A stretch of DNA of 63,940 bases, filler included, from Octopus bimaculoides (lineage: Eukaryota), in the NCBI RefSeq assembly GCF_001194135.2. It is 5 parts of 5 records of this genome, joined end to end, with 100 filler letters (N's around TTAATTAATTAA, not from the genome) between each part and the next. Parts side by side here need not be neighbours in the genome. Positions count along the whole stretch, not along the records: positions 7,890 to 22,918 come from NC_068989.1; positions 23,019 to 53,896 come from NC_068981.1; 3 more parts are not named here. One strand, written 5' to 3'. Positions 12,476 through 24,727 of the stretch are shown here, piece after piece (within the stretch, counting starts at the first letter, position 1; each line of letters opens with the position of its first letter). The notes under the pieces are model-generated. The model saw nothing but the letters and a program-made list of their open reading frames with translations, was not told the DNA's origin and ran no database searches. The position numbers and the translations under genes were made by a program.

Positions 12476-12992
12476 ATTCATTGGACAGGTTCATTTATAA
12501 TGAATATGTGATGATAGGCACATAAAAACTCAACACATAGTCTACTGACTACTTGAAACATTATTTTAAATCGTGTAAGAACTCTCCATAAAACCAACAT
12601 CAGATTGAATTTCAAGGAGACTAAATGAACATTAATAGAAACATGAAATGTCATCCTTTATGTTATAATGAACATTTATGTAAATTAAAAAGATTAATAA
12701 AACAACTAAAAAAAAAAAAAATTAGGTATTCTAGTACATTTAGGTAAGATAGAAAATATTTACAACCTAAGTATCAGAAAATATAAGGAATTAATTAGAA
12801 AAGAATTATGTTCCAGCTATAAACAAACTCCTTTATCTACATTAAATGACATTAATTTAGCTGGACTTAAGATCATAAAAGATCTTGAAATTGAAGATCA
12901 TACTGAATCATAAGAACTAAAGGTACCACATGTGTGTGTGTGTGTGCGGGGGCGTGCACATGTGCATGCATGTGCGTGTGTGTGTGTAAATG

Positions 12993-13280
12993 AACTTTAG
13001 GTTAGTTGATATATGTTTGTGACACATTTTAACTTCTAAAGGTAAATTAACAACTGTTAGCATTGAAAAGAAATTCTCTCTTGTGGTAAAAAGTATAAAA
13101 ACTTCTGGCACGTCAATATATCTGATTGAGGAAGGCTAAAGAGCCAGAAATGCATGTCTGGGAATCCAATGGGGAAAGCACTGACCAGATATGGTGTTCT
13201 TATACCTTTTAACATAGAAGAGAATTTACCTTTAGAAATTTTATATATGTCACAAACATATTTTTTACTAACCTAAAGTT
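12993..13280. mobile_element. MITE-like inverted repeat (about 57-bp arms, about 175-bp spacer)
   Basis: 12993-13048 is the imperfect reverse complement of 13223-13280 (AATTTACCTTTAGAA...TGTCACAAACATA...ACTAACCTAAAGTT). Confidence 0.6.
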
Positions 13281-14309
13281 TTTTTATTCCTAATAACTGC
13301 TTGGAGCTAATGCTGCTATATTTATCCTAACCAGGCAGTCCAATAGCAGAACTCAGTCACTAATGTTGACTGTAAACTGTTCATATATGTATGTGTATAT
13401 ATATATAAAGACAGGTATAGGAACAACAAGCAAGTGTACAAGTTTGACACTTGGGAAAAATGGGAAAATCTTTTACATTTTGAGCCTATGCTCTTTGACA
13501 GAAAGGAATAAGAGGAAATAAATAGAGAGAGAATGAAAATAAAACATGTATAGTTCAGCAATGATGAGTTTCTTTCAGTTTCCACCTAATGAATCCATTC
13601 ACAAGAGGCTTTCATCAACTTGGGGCTATAGTAGAAGATACTTATCCAGAGTGTTCTACACACTGGGACTGAACCTGAGACCACATGGTTCACAGCCACT
13701 CTTGCACCCATAACGAAAAGAAAAGCTTGTTATTGTCATTGTCATTACTTTATGTCCACCATCCATGCAGACATAAGTTGGAAGGTCATCACCGTCTGAA
13801 TTAGTTCATATTAGAAACACTACTCCCATATACTGGTGTTCATCCATGTCATCTGACAAGGTTTCTATGGTTTAATACCAAGAGCATATATTCCAGATGT
13901 GCTAGGTGTGTGTGAAAATGGTAAATTCATTATAAATATTAACCATACTCATTAATTTAATCACAAATCTTAATGGAAAACTTTTGGTATACCCCTGCTT
14001 GAAATTTGGTGCCATTTGATATGGCAGCACACCCATCGCAACAACCACCATATGCCACTGCTTGATACCCTTTCTATCGCCAACTATTTTACAGAGTGTA
14101 TTGAATGTATTTTCTCATGTCACTAACACTGAAGTGGTTTGAATAATCTTTGATAAAACAGCACTATATGTACCTTACAATTGTATGCTTTCTCTGCATT
14201 TACCATGTGTACCACATATTTTTGTGGCACCAACATAAGAATGGGAGTGCTTTGTATTCAGTAACTGTAGAGAGTACGAAGTAACCAAAGAGTGAGGAGA
14301 GGAATAACT

Positions 14310-14644
14310 GGTACTCTGTCAGTTACGATGACAAGAGTTTCAGTTGATCTGATCAACGGAACAGCTTGCTTGTGAAATTAATGTGCACTCCACAAACATG
14401 CATACCCTTAATACAGTTCCAGGGAGATTCAGCATGAGACAGAATGCAACAAGGCATTGTTGAAATACAGGTACAACTCATTTGAAATATCTTTGAAATA
14501 CAGGTCGAACTCATTTTTGCCAGCTGAGTGGACTGGAGCAACATGAAATAAAGTGTTTTGCTCAACAACGCCCTGCTGGGAATTGAATTCATGACCTTAT
14601 GGTCATGAGTTGAATACCCTAACCACTAAGTCATGCACCTTCAC
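14310..14644 (-). mobile_element. SINE related to family A (shared 3' body)
   Basis: GGAACAGCTTGCTTGTGAAATTAATGTGC...GGAGATTCAGC...GAAATACAGGTACAAC shared with family A; tRNA-like head at the right end. Confidence 0.7.
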
Positions 14645-15494
14645 TGAGAAGAATAAGACAGAGAAATATCAGAAAGGGGCAGAAAAGGGTAAACAAGAGC
14701 ATTAATGATAATTCTTGTCAAATAGGGCAAAGAGTGAAAAAAAACAAAAACTATAGTAGGCAGCTCACACACTCTACCAAAACTCTTCTAGTCATTGATT
14801 TAAGTTTAAATTCTGCAGTTGTCTACTTAGCTTTTTATTCTTTCCAGAGATCAATGAATTAAGCTCGGTTAACATACTGAGAGGTAATGTTCATCCCCAT
14901 TTAAACATGGGTGTTCTGTTAGAACAAACTAGACTATGGTAGATACCAGGAGAGAAACTTTGGCTTTTGGTGTAAAATACACTTTTCTTTATATCACTAG
15001 CAGGGAGATAAATCCCCATCATTTCTAGTGCCGAGGCTATCAAATCACGTAATTTCAACCTTCCTTGGTCTCATCAATGATGGTTGCATGACTACTGGAG
15101 ATAGCAGCTACTCATATAGAAAAACAGTGCCAGAACAGGTGCTGGTGTTGTGATTTGCCAATAAGCTTATTAAAAAATATATATTAGCAATTGAGGTAGA
15201 ATTAATACTGGCATTGAATGTAAGCAGTGCGAGGAGCAGCCAATATAAGTAAGGGAGATAACTGCACTGGTGTTGTATTGGCATTTAAAGAAGGTTAATG
15301 AATATTTTGGGAGTGTGGTAGAGAATAATCTAAGAAGATATGGAAAAGAATTATGAGGTTTGATTTCAAGATAATGAATTTTATAGGTAGCATGACAAAA
15401 AATTGAGTCATGTGTCAATTGCTATATTACAAACTAACTTGACGCAGGATGGCTGAAGGAGAGTTGAAGACACTAAATTGATAACAATATTGCT

Positions 15495-15700
15495 ACTGAT
15501 GATGATGAAGATGACTATAGTTGTAGTGAGAATGGTGGTGGAGGGCTGGATGTGTTGTTGTTGTTGCTGTTGCTGTTGTTGTTGTTGGTGGTGGTGGCAG
15601 TGAGCATGATGATGATGAAGAAGAGGATGAGGAGGAAGAGGAAGATTAAGAAAAGAACGAAGATGAGCTGGAGGAGAAGGTTGAGGATGATGATGATGTA
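15495..15700. repeat. Compound trinucleotide tract (GAT/GTT/GCT/GGT/GAG)
   Basis: Successive runs of different triplets; no supported coding frame. Confidence 0.7.
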
Positions 15701-16236
15701 CAACCGCCTCTTTCCAAAATCTTTGAGCACTTCATCAAAAGAGAATCAACATTGAATGTTTGAATATTTTATCCTCAAATAAAAGTGTTGTAATGAATCT
15801 CCATTTCAAGAATCACCAATTCACAAGAAACTTTCAAAGTAATTTTCAAATTCTATTTCTTTTGTTTGTTTTTTCTTCTTCTGTTTTGTTGTTTTAAAGT
15901 TTGAAAAGTTTGGGGGGAAAATATTCAGAATGTCATATTTTTTCTGTTTTCATCTTCTTTAACTCTTCTCTCTCCTTAATTAAAATGGTTTAGAATTGTT
16001 GTTATTCATGATTTTTGTTGCAGACACTATCGTGTAGTTATTGCTAGTTTCTGAATTATTCTTAGATCTCAAGTGAACAGGAATTAATCCCATGACCCAT
16101 TTCTCAGCATTTTTGATTTTTTTTTGATTTTCGGTAAAGCGCCACAGAGTCTTTTACATTTCTTCGAAGGAATTAATGTATGTGATTTTTTGTTTATAAT
16201 TTTCTTTTAAACTCTGTGTGTGCCTATGTGTGTGTA

Positions 16237-16272
<36 letters not shown>

Positions 16273-17063
16273 CGTGTAGGTATATGTGTATGGGTGAGTA
16301 ATTATTGTCTTTCTTTTCTGTTTTTGCTCTTGTTATTGTTCTTACTTTGATTATTAATAATATGGTGCATCATTTGGTAAAAATTTCCAAGTAAATGGAA
16401 TTTAATTAGCTTAATTAGCCAAAATATTCTTCTTGTAAAACATTTGAAATGCAATAAAGATAGCCATAACTAAAAACATCACAGAAATTCGCTGTTTTAT
16501 TCAGCAATCAGATTAAAAAGGAAGAATTTAAACAAAAAAGAAAAAAATCAGCATACAGCAACAACAACAAAACAAAACAAAAAACCTTTAAAAAATGAAA
16601 ACATTTGAGATTAAAAGAAAAATAATTGCCAGAAAAAATCAACAACAACTACAACAAAAATATGTTAATTTTGAAATGGTTTTCTGTGACAGACGAAATT
16701 TCATTGCAATCTTTTGTATTCACATGGTATGGGTAGAAAGTAGCGTTGTGGTTATAAAGCATTGCAATAATTCGATCATTGAAACCTTACATTCATTAGA
16801 CAAATAAAAGGGGCAGGAAAAAGAAGGAAAAAAAATAAATACAATTATTTAAAAACAGACAACAAAAACTAAAACAAAGATTCGAAATAGAAAACTTTTT
16901 TTAAAGCATCATAGTTGGGTCATAGATTTTATTCTGTATAAACACACAGACACACATACACACACTACATAAAAAGAAAATATCACATCAAACACACATA
17001 TATGCATAGATATTTCTCACACCGCACACACACACACACACACACATACAAAAAAACTCTATG

Positions 17064-17374
17064 TAGCTGAATTTTGATGGTGAGGATATATATATATTGC
17101 ACCATTTAAAAAAAATAATTTTGTCATACTGTAAGAACATGGGAGTGAATTAGAAGAAAAGTTAACTTCAGAAAGGTTGCCTTGTGGTATGTGTTACAAC
17201 CCTCTGAGCTCCAAGTTCAAAATCCTTTTGATGTCACCTTTGCCTTGTCAACATCATTATCATCATCCTCATCATCATCCTCATCATCATCATTTGAAGT
17301 CCACTTTTCCACATGGGTCAAGCAGAGTTTCTTTGAGGCAGATTTTCTACAAGTGGATTCTCTTTCTGTCGCCA
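17064..17374 (+). repeat. About 310-bp near-identical direct duplication, copy 1 (copy 2 at 18946-19247)
   Basis: TAGCTGAATTTTGATGGTGAGG...TTCTCTTTCTGTCGCCA present twice; differs by a few substitutions and simple-repeat length. Confidence 0.92.
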
Positions 17375-17603
17375 ACCCTTTCTGCCGCTAACCTTTTCTG
17401 TCGCTATTCCTATGGATAGACATATTCTTACAGAATATTGGAAAGGAATGATACTGCTTGTATGACAGTGACACTCATTTACAATTATCATACAATACCA
17501 AGACATGAAAACACAAACACACATACACCCACACACAAACATATACATACATACTCTGTCTCTTTCACACACACATGTATGTGTGTATACATTTATACAT
17601 ACA

Positions 17604-17684
<81 letters not shown>

Positions 17685-17743
17685 ACCGTTGACTGAACAC
17701 TATTCAATTTTTTTTCTCCGTGTTTTTCTCCTTGTCTCCGTAT

Positions 17744-17780
17744 TCTTTCTGTTGAAGAGCGTAGCTCGAAACGTCAAAGA
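17744..17780 (+). ncRNA. Minimal type I hammerhead motif (PLE-type, dimer-type stem III), core variant A6U
   Basis: TCTTT-CTGTTGA-A-GAGC-GTA-GCTC-GAA-ACGT-C|AAAGA: stem I UCUUU/AAAGA, stem II GAGC/GCUC, palindromic ACGU, GUC triplet. Confidence 0.6.
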
Positions 17781-17902
17781 CTTTCCGTATTCCCGAGCGT
17801 CATACTAATATATACTTTTGTTATTTACACCACCTGTCCTCGTCTGTTGTTATTATTTGTATATTCTCCTATATATATATACATACATACATACATACAT
17901 AC

Positions 17903-18066
17903 ATACATACAAGCTTCTTTCAGTTTCTGCCTGCAAAATCCACTTACAAAGCTTTAGTCAACCTAGAGCTATAGGTGAAGACACTCACCGAAGGTGCCAC
18001 ACTGTGAGACTGAACCCAGAACCATGTGGTTGAGAAGCTAACTATTTACCATACTGCCACACCTGC
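17903..18066 (-). mobile_element. SINE family B 5' fragment
   Basis: CTTCTTTCAGTTTC...ACTGAACCCAGAACCATGTGGTT...; reverse complement of the family B head. Confidence 0.7.
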
Positions 18067-18363
18067 TACTTAATTTACCAAGTTTTGTGGGGTTAATAAA
18101 TAAAGTGTCAGACATGTTTTGTGGATCAATGGAATTGTGGGGGCATCAGATGAGATATCTTGTAGTATATGTCAACGTATTTACCTGAGTTCAAATTCTA
18201 CCCAGGGACTCAAATGTCGCAGACAGTCAGAGTTAATCACCCGACAACGGATTCTAAAAACAATGAGCAGCACGAAGCAGTATCTGATAAAGAATATGCC
18301 AAGGGAAATAACTCTTAGTCACTCCACAGGCTTCATCTCCCTCTGTACTTGAACTACTGCATG

Positions 18364-18403
<40 letters not shown>

Positions 18404-18945
18404 TTCAAAAATATTAATGAACACACAAAATTTGAAGTGGAGCACTCAATAACACTCACCAACTCCTTATCTCTGCTTCATTTTGAACTCAAAATCACTG
18501 AGAATGGATCCATCTCCATTAACTTTTACAGAAAATTAGCATGCAGGTGCCTATATATAATTTATCCCTGCCCATGAGACCGAGAATGGCTAATATTAGA
18601 AATGAGATTCACAGGGTACACAGTAAATGCAGCATATTAAGAAGTAATACATCTCAATGCTTCTAAAAACAAACTTTGTATACCAACATTGTATAATCCT
18701 GAAAATTCCTGATGGAGAATGATTATCCATATTCTTTCACTAAACACGAGGACGTCACAAGACCACCCAAATGAATCCACACATCCAATGGTGTTTTTTT
18801 GAAACTGGCACATTTTCATGAAAAAGCTAAAACTGCAATCTGCCATGTGATCCATAGTGAGGGATTGAATATATGACTGGTCCACTCCAGCCCTTCACTA
18901 AAGAGGGTCTTGAATAAAATCAAACCAAGATAAAACATAACTATC

Positions 18946-19247
18946 TAGCTGAATTTTGATGGTGAGGATATATATATATATTGCACCATTTAAAAAAAAA
19001 TAATTTTGTCACACTGTAAGAACATGGGAGTGAATTAGAAGAAAAGTTAACATCAGAAAGGTTGCCTTGTGGTATGTGTTACAACCCTCTGAGCTCCAAG
19101 TTCAAAATCCTTTTGATGTCACCTTTGCCTTGTCAACATCATTATCATCATCCCCATCATCATTATTTGAAGTTCACTTTTCCACATGGGTCAAGCAGAG
19201 TTTCTTTGAGGCAGATTTTCTACAAGTGGATTCTCTTTCTGTCGCCA
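18946..19247 (+). repeat. Direct duplication, copy 2 of 17064-17374
   Basis: Direct sequence comparison; homology stops abruptly after TGTCGCCA. Confidence 0.92.
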
Positions 19248-19575
19248 TATACTACAAGATATCTCATTTGATGCCCCAACAATTCCATTGTAACAGAAAG
19301 TAACGGAAAGTAACGGAAAGTAACGGTCCGTCAGATCGATTATTATCTACCTATCTACCCATCTAAACCATTGTATTAATTGACCAGCCAGCGATATCGC
19401 ATACGGTGGGGTGCTGTAGCTGGTGGTGGCAGCAGGAGCAGTGACAATTATTTATTCACTCATTTACTCAATTATGTAAACCAATGATAGCTAGGTAGAG
19501 TTATTAACCTTAGGACCATACCCTCCCTTATTATCCCTATAGTAATTAACGCCCCTTGTTTTAACTGAACTGAGA

Positions 19576-19612
<37 letters not shown>

Positions 19613-20664
19613 NNNNNNNNNNNNNNNNNNNNNNNNNNNNNNNNNNNNNNNNNNNNNNNNNNNNNNNNNNNTTTTTTTATTTATTTATCCTTATTACTAT
19701 TATTATTATCTGCTTATAGTCTTCTTAAAAGTCTACCAATTTAATTCTATTGTCATTTCATTAAGAATTTTACCCCCTCAGTGTGAGTATAAAGTTGAAT
19801 TAAGAGATGTGTGCTTGTGCGCGTGCATGTGTATATACATACATGCACGCATGAGTGTGAGTATGGGGAGATATACATAGCATGTGTGTGTGTGGGGGGT
19901 GTACGCAAGCAAGCTAGTACTAGCATCTTAACCGGTTAGTGTCTATCCAACCGTAGCTAAGCGTAGACAGTTTAAAACAATAGTTGCCCAATTGGAAGGA
20001 TGGAAGTTAACAGTAGTAATTAACCCTCCCCCACTAGCAGCAGAATGGTCGAGCTGTTGGAAGAAGCAACAGGATATCCTACACCGTAAAGTTTGAAAGT
20101 TTGGCATATTATTATTGTTGTTGTTGTTGTCATCATCATCATCACTGTTATTGCTACCAGAACATTAATAACTCGTGTAAAATGAACTTCCACATAGACC
20201 CTTCCAAAATATATAGAAATGACACACACACACTCAGCAAAACTTCCTTTTTAAAAAACACTTACAGTTTTCTAGATACGGCAGTGGTGGAATGCCTGTG
20301 TATAAATACTTGTATATATACACATGTGAGTAAGGGAACATCCGAGTAAGGTTATGCACATGAACCCACACACATATATATATGCATTGGAGTGTCTAGA
20401 GCTATTTATAATGTTTGTAGGCTCTTTGTGTGCCTTATATTTTTAAGGGTTTTTTTTATATACTTTTACATTTCTCATATGCTATACTTTCATTTTTCAT
20501 TTATGTATTTTTTATTATTATTATTATTTTTTCCTGCTGTACCCTTATTTTTAATTTTATTTTTTATTTTTATTTCTATCTTATTTTTGCTATTGTTTTT
20601 GTTTTTGTCTCTACTACACCTCTGTTTTTACCTCTTGCTCTATATTTGTATGAAACCCTTTGTG

Positions 20665-20793
20665 AATCTCTGAAGAGGCCTAGCGGTTCGGGCATGTAAC
20701 CCCATTTCAACATGTCATCCGAGAATCACTCCGGCAAGAAATATTCGGATAGAATGGGGCATGCTAAAGCTAGGCCGAAACAGCTGTAAGATT
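20665..20793 (+). ncRNA. Intact type I hammerhead ribozyme with 100-nt extended stem II
   Basis: AATCT-CTGAAGA-GGCCTAGC...GCTAGGCC-GAAAC-AGCT-GTA|AGATT. All core nucleotides are canonical, with G10.1-C11.1 and a 5-bp stem I. Stem II helices are 8+5+7+6 bp. Stem III ACAGCUGU is palindromic. Predicted cleavage after 20788. Confidence 0.88.
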
Positions 20794-22233
20794 AAACTTC
20801 TGTTCATTCTCTAATTTCTTATGTACTTTGTACTTCTATATGTAAACCCGGTTGGCAAAATAACATGGTTTGTCATAAACACCTGTACTTTGGTTTTTTC
20901 TATTTTTGTCACTTTAGCTATGAATTAAATTAATGAATTCAATGGGATACACTGTCTGCAAGTAGTGAGGTTCAGCATATTATCCTCCACATGTCAGTAT
21001 GTATGTATATGTGTATATATATATACATATCCATCTATGTATCACACTTAATGTAAATACAATGCAAAAACCAAGTTTACAGCCGTATTCATTCAGAGAT
21101 AATATCTCTTATGGATGGGTTGTGTTTAAAAATACAATATTTATTGGAAGGTGACAAAAATCGTCCCAGCAGTGGCTAGTGAAAACAGTAGATGCATTTC
21201 TGCTTCATTGAATGCTGTCAATAGCATGTATTTACAGTCAACTGCATGCTAAAACAAAATCTGTTGCTACTGATATGTAGGAAAACAAAGAATAAACAAT
21301 CACTGGTATTGTGAAGAGCTGCCTGGCTGAATAAAAATCTGGTATATGTGAAAGAAGCAGTATTAGAGTAAAATAGCCATCTATTAAATTATGCATGTGT
21401 GTGTCATCATGACGCGTGACAGTGGTAAATAAGAGTCACCATCATACAAATTGTGCAGCTCATTTCAATTCCAGTCTTCCGTGGAAAGGAAACATGGTCA
21501 CTGGAAACAAGTGAGGATCGGTAAGAGGAAGGGAATGTAGCAGTAGAAAATCTACTTTACTGACACAGATAGATAGACAGACAGACAGACAGGTGGATAG
21601 TCATCATCGTCATCATCCTCATCATTTTGCATTCACTTTTCTTGTTCACATGGGTTAGACAAATTATTATAATCCAAGTCAGTTTTTATTCAGAATTGTA
21701 GCCCTTCTAGATAGGTCAGAGAACCACATCACATTCATATATTCCAATTTTGGCATGATTCAAGAACTGGATGTTTTTTCTGACACCAGCCACTTTACAG
21801 AATGAACCGACTGCATTTTATCATGGTACCAACATGAGTGATTCCAAGCACATAAAATACAACCTTTCTCATTGTAAGTTTGTGTCGAATTACATTGAAG
21901 TGTCAAGTATCTAACAAGTGCAAGTGCACAAGTGACAAAGTAAAGTTAGCCACTTAGTAGAGTGCTTGAAGTTTGGTATCGATAAAAACAGAACAGACTT
22001 TTTGATCAACTTGATATATCACATGTTACTGTTCAGAGCAGGAGAGTGAATACATTTAGTTTAGAATCCCGGTGAAAAGACTTGAACTATAGTCAGATCA
22101 CATGGTCTTTCTTTTGCGGTAGCAATGAAAATAATTCATAGCTTCTCAGTAGTGTTCTGATCATGCACATAGAAAGTTTGTAACTGTGGTAAATTTGTGA
22201 ACATCATATTCCTATACACACTCTCATTCATAT

Positions 22234-22560
22234 GTTGTTGTTGGCACTCTGTCGCTTGCGACGTCGAGGGTTCCAGTTGATCCGATCAACATAACAGCCT
22301 GCTCGTGAAATTAACGTGCAAGTAGCTGAGCACTCCACAGACAGTGACACAGTGTGACAAGGCTGACCCTTTGACTTACAGGTACAACAGAAACAGGAAG
22401 AAAGAGTACAGCAGGGTTCGCCACTATCCCCTGCCGGAGCCTCGTGGAGCTTTAGGTGTTTTCGCTCAATAAACACTCACAATGCCCGGTCTGGGAATCA
22501 AAACCGCGATCCTATGACCGCGAGTCCAATGCCCTAACCACTGGGCCATTGCGCCTCCAC
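22234..22560 (-). mobile_element. SINE family A, full length with TSD
   Basis: Head GTGGAGGCGCAATGG, tail (CAA)n; TSD TCTCATTCATAT at 22222-22233 and 22561-22572. Confidence 0.9.
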
Positions 22561-22617
22561 TCTCATTCATATATGTATACATGTACACACACACACACAA
22601 TCACATACATATATATG

Positions 22618-22811
22618 TATGTATTTTTATTAAAGCTGCAAAAACATCACAAAAAACTGTTACTAACAGTTTCACATATCCATTTGTCGGACAGTTGCGA
22701 TCAAAACTGTTACACAAAGTTTCACATTCCCAGTCTGTCCAATGAACGGGAATATGAAACACTGAGTAACAGTTGTTTGTGATGTTTTTGCAGCTTCAGT
22801 AAAAAAGCATA
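22618..22811. mobile_element. Inverted pair of PLE-type terminal repeats carrying decayed HHR motifs
   Basis: About 60-bp inverted arms. HHR-like CTGT-CCAATGA-ACG-GGAA-TAT-GAAAC-ACTGA-GTA|ACAG (+, 22735-22772) and CTGT-CCGACAA-ATGGATATGT-GAAAC-TGTTA-GTA|ACAG (-, 22657-22694), plus a partial third copy at 22707-22731. Confidence 0.6.
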
Positions 22812-23018
22812 TTACTTTACCTCTTGTATTCGAGTACTATTTTTTCCACCTTGTTTTGCATTTGTGCTTACTCATTTATTTTTGTATGTATGTACAAAAA
22901 TACATATGTAATTATATANNNNNNNNNNNNNNNNNNNNNNNNNNNNNNNNNNNNNNNNNNNNTTAATTAATTAANNNNNNNNNNNNNNNNNNNNNNNNNN
23001 NNNNNNNNNNNNNNNNNN

Positions 23019-23344
23019 CTTGTGCTGGTGGCACGTGTAAAGACATTCGAGCGAGATTGTTGCCAGTGCCGTTGGACTGGCTCCTGTGCAGGTGGCACGT
23101 AAAATACACCATTTTGAGCATGGCCATTGCCAGTACCACCTGAATGGCCTTCGTGCCAGTGGCACATAAAAGCACCCACTACACTCTTGGAGTGGTTGGC
23201 GTTAGGAAGGGCATCCAGCTGTAGAAACTCTGCCAAATCAGATTGGAGCCTGGTGCAGCCATCTGGTTTGCCAGTCCTCAGTCAAATCGTCCAACCCATG
23301 CTAGCATGGAAAGCGGACGTTAAACGATGATGATGATGATGATG
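23019..23344 (+). mobile_element. RTE LINE 3' UTR/tail, young copy
   Basis: GGTTGGCGTTAGGAAGGGCATCCAGCTGTAGAAAC...GCATGGAAAGCGGACGTTAAAC(GAT)n; near-identical to 53645-53896 (-). Confidence 0.85.
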
Positions 23345-24504
23345 TCTTATGCTGAACTGCTAAGTTAAGGGGTTGGAAAAGAAACTAACACCAGTTGTCA
23401 AGTGGTGGTGTTGGTAGGACAAACATAAAGACATACATACATATGCACTCACACATGCTAAGAATATCATTGTGAGACTATATCTGAAATGAGAAAATAC
23501 AAGCAAGAACAGCAAAGTGAACAACATGATTGCAGAATACCAAAAGCATAAATTCTGCTGGACCAGACATGATGAAAGTTATACAGACAACATGTAGACC
23601 TGTGCAGTTGCCAAGCAGTATCCAATAGCTCAAAGAAAGATGATGATGATGGGAAAATGATTCAGTTAAATGATTTGGATCAAGATAGAAAAGAATGGTA
23701 TAATCAAGTAAGAATTGGAAGTGCATTGTGATCAGTGATGTATAACAACATCTGAGAGTTTAATCGATACAGTGAGAGAGTGATCTATATCATCATCATT
23801 CTAACACCCACTTTTCTGTGCTCACAGGAGTCAGATTGAATTTGTGGAGATGAATGTTTCAATAGCTGGATGCCTTTCCTGTTGCTAACCCTGACTTGTT
23901 TCCAAGTAAGGTAATAGTTCCCAATGATCTGACATGTTTTCATTCAAGATTGGACAAAAAGCACACTGCTAGCATGACAATGACACTTGATTACGACTAT
24001 CAACATCAAAGCAAAGAGATGCACACATAGATACATACATATACCTACTCATACACCCCCCCCACACAGCAGTACAGACATGGCTGGGTGGTAAGAAGTT
24101 TACTTCCCAACCACATGGTTCCAGGTTCAGTCCCACTGTGTGGTACCTTGGGAAAATGTCATCTATAGCCTCAAGCCAATCAAAGCCCTGTGAATGAATG
24201 TGGTAGATGGAAACTGAAAGAAGCCTATTGTGTGTGTGTGTGTGTGTGTGTATGTTGGGTAAAGATTACCTTGCTTTGAAACAGGTGAGAGTTAGCAACA
24301 AGAAGGGCATCTGCCCATATAAACAACAGGCTTCCTTCAGTTTCTCTCTACCAAATCAATTCACAAGGTTTTTTTGTCTGTCCAAGGCTATAGCAGAAGA
24401 CATTTGCCATGCAGTGTGCTTGAACTTGAAATTGTGGTTGGGAAGCAAACTTCTTACCCGCATGGCCATGCCTCTTTATACACACACACACACACACACA
24501 CACA

Positions 24505-24539
<35 letters not shown>

Positions 24540-24727
24540 ACATTTAATGTCTGTTTCCAATGCTGGTATGGTTTGGATGGCTTGACAGGAACTGGTAAGA
24601 TTAGAAGCCACACCAAGTTCTGTGGCCCCATCACCAGTGCTTTTTATGTGGCATCAGCACCAGTGTTTTTTGTGTTGCACCAGCACCCACACCAATGCTT
24701 ATTACATGGAACCTTGGTTTTAGGATT

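Noticed and set aside
12817-12917. Possible terminal exon YKQTPLSTLNDINLAGLKIIKDLEIEDHTES*
   Set aside because: AG acceptor lacks a pyrimidine tract; no recognisable family or partner exons.
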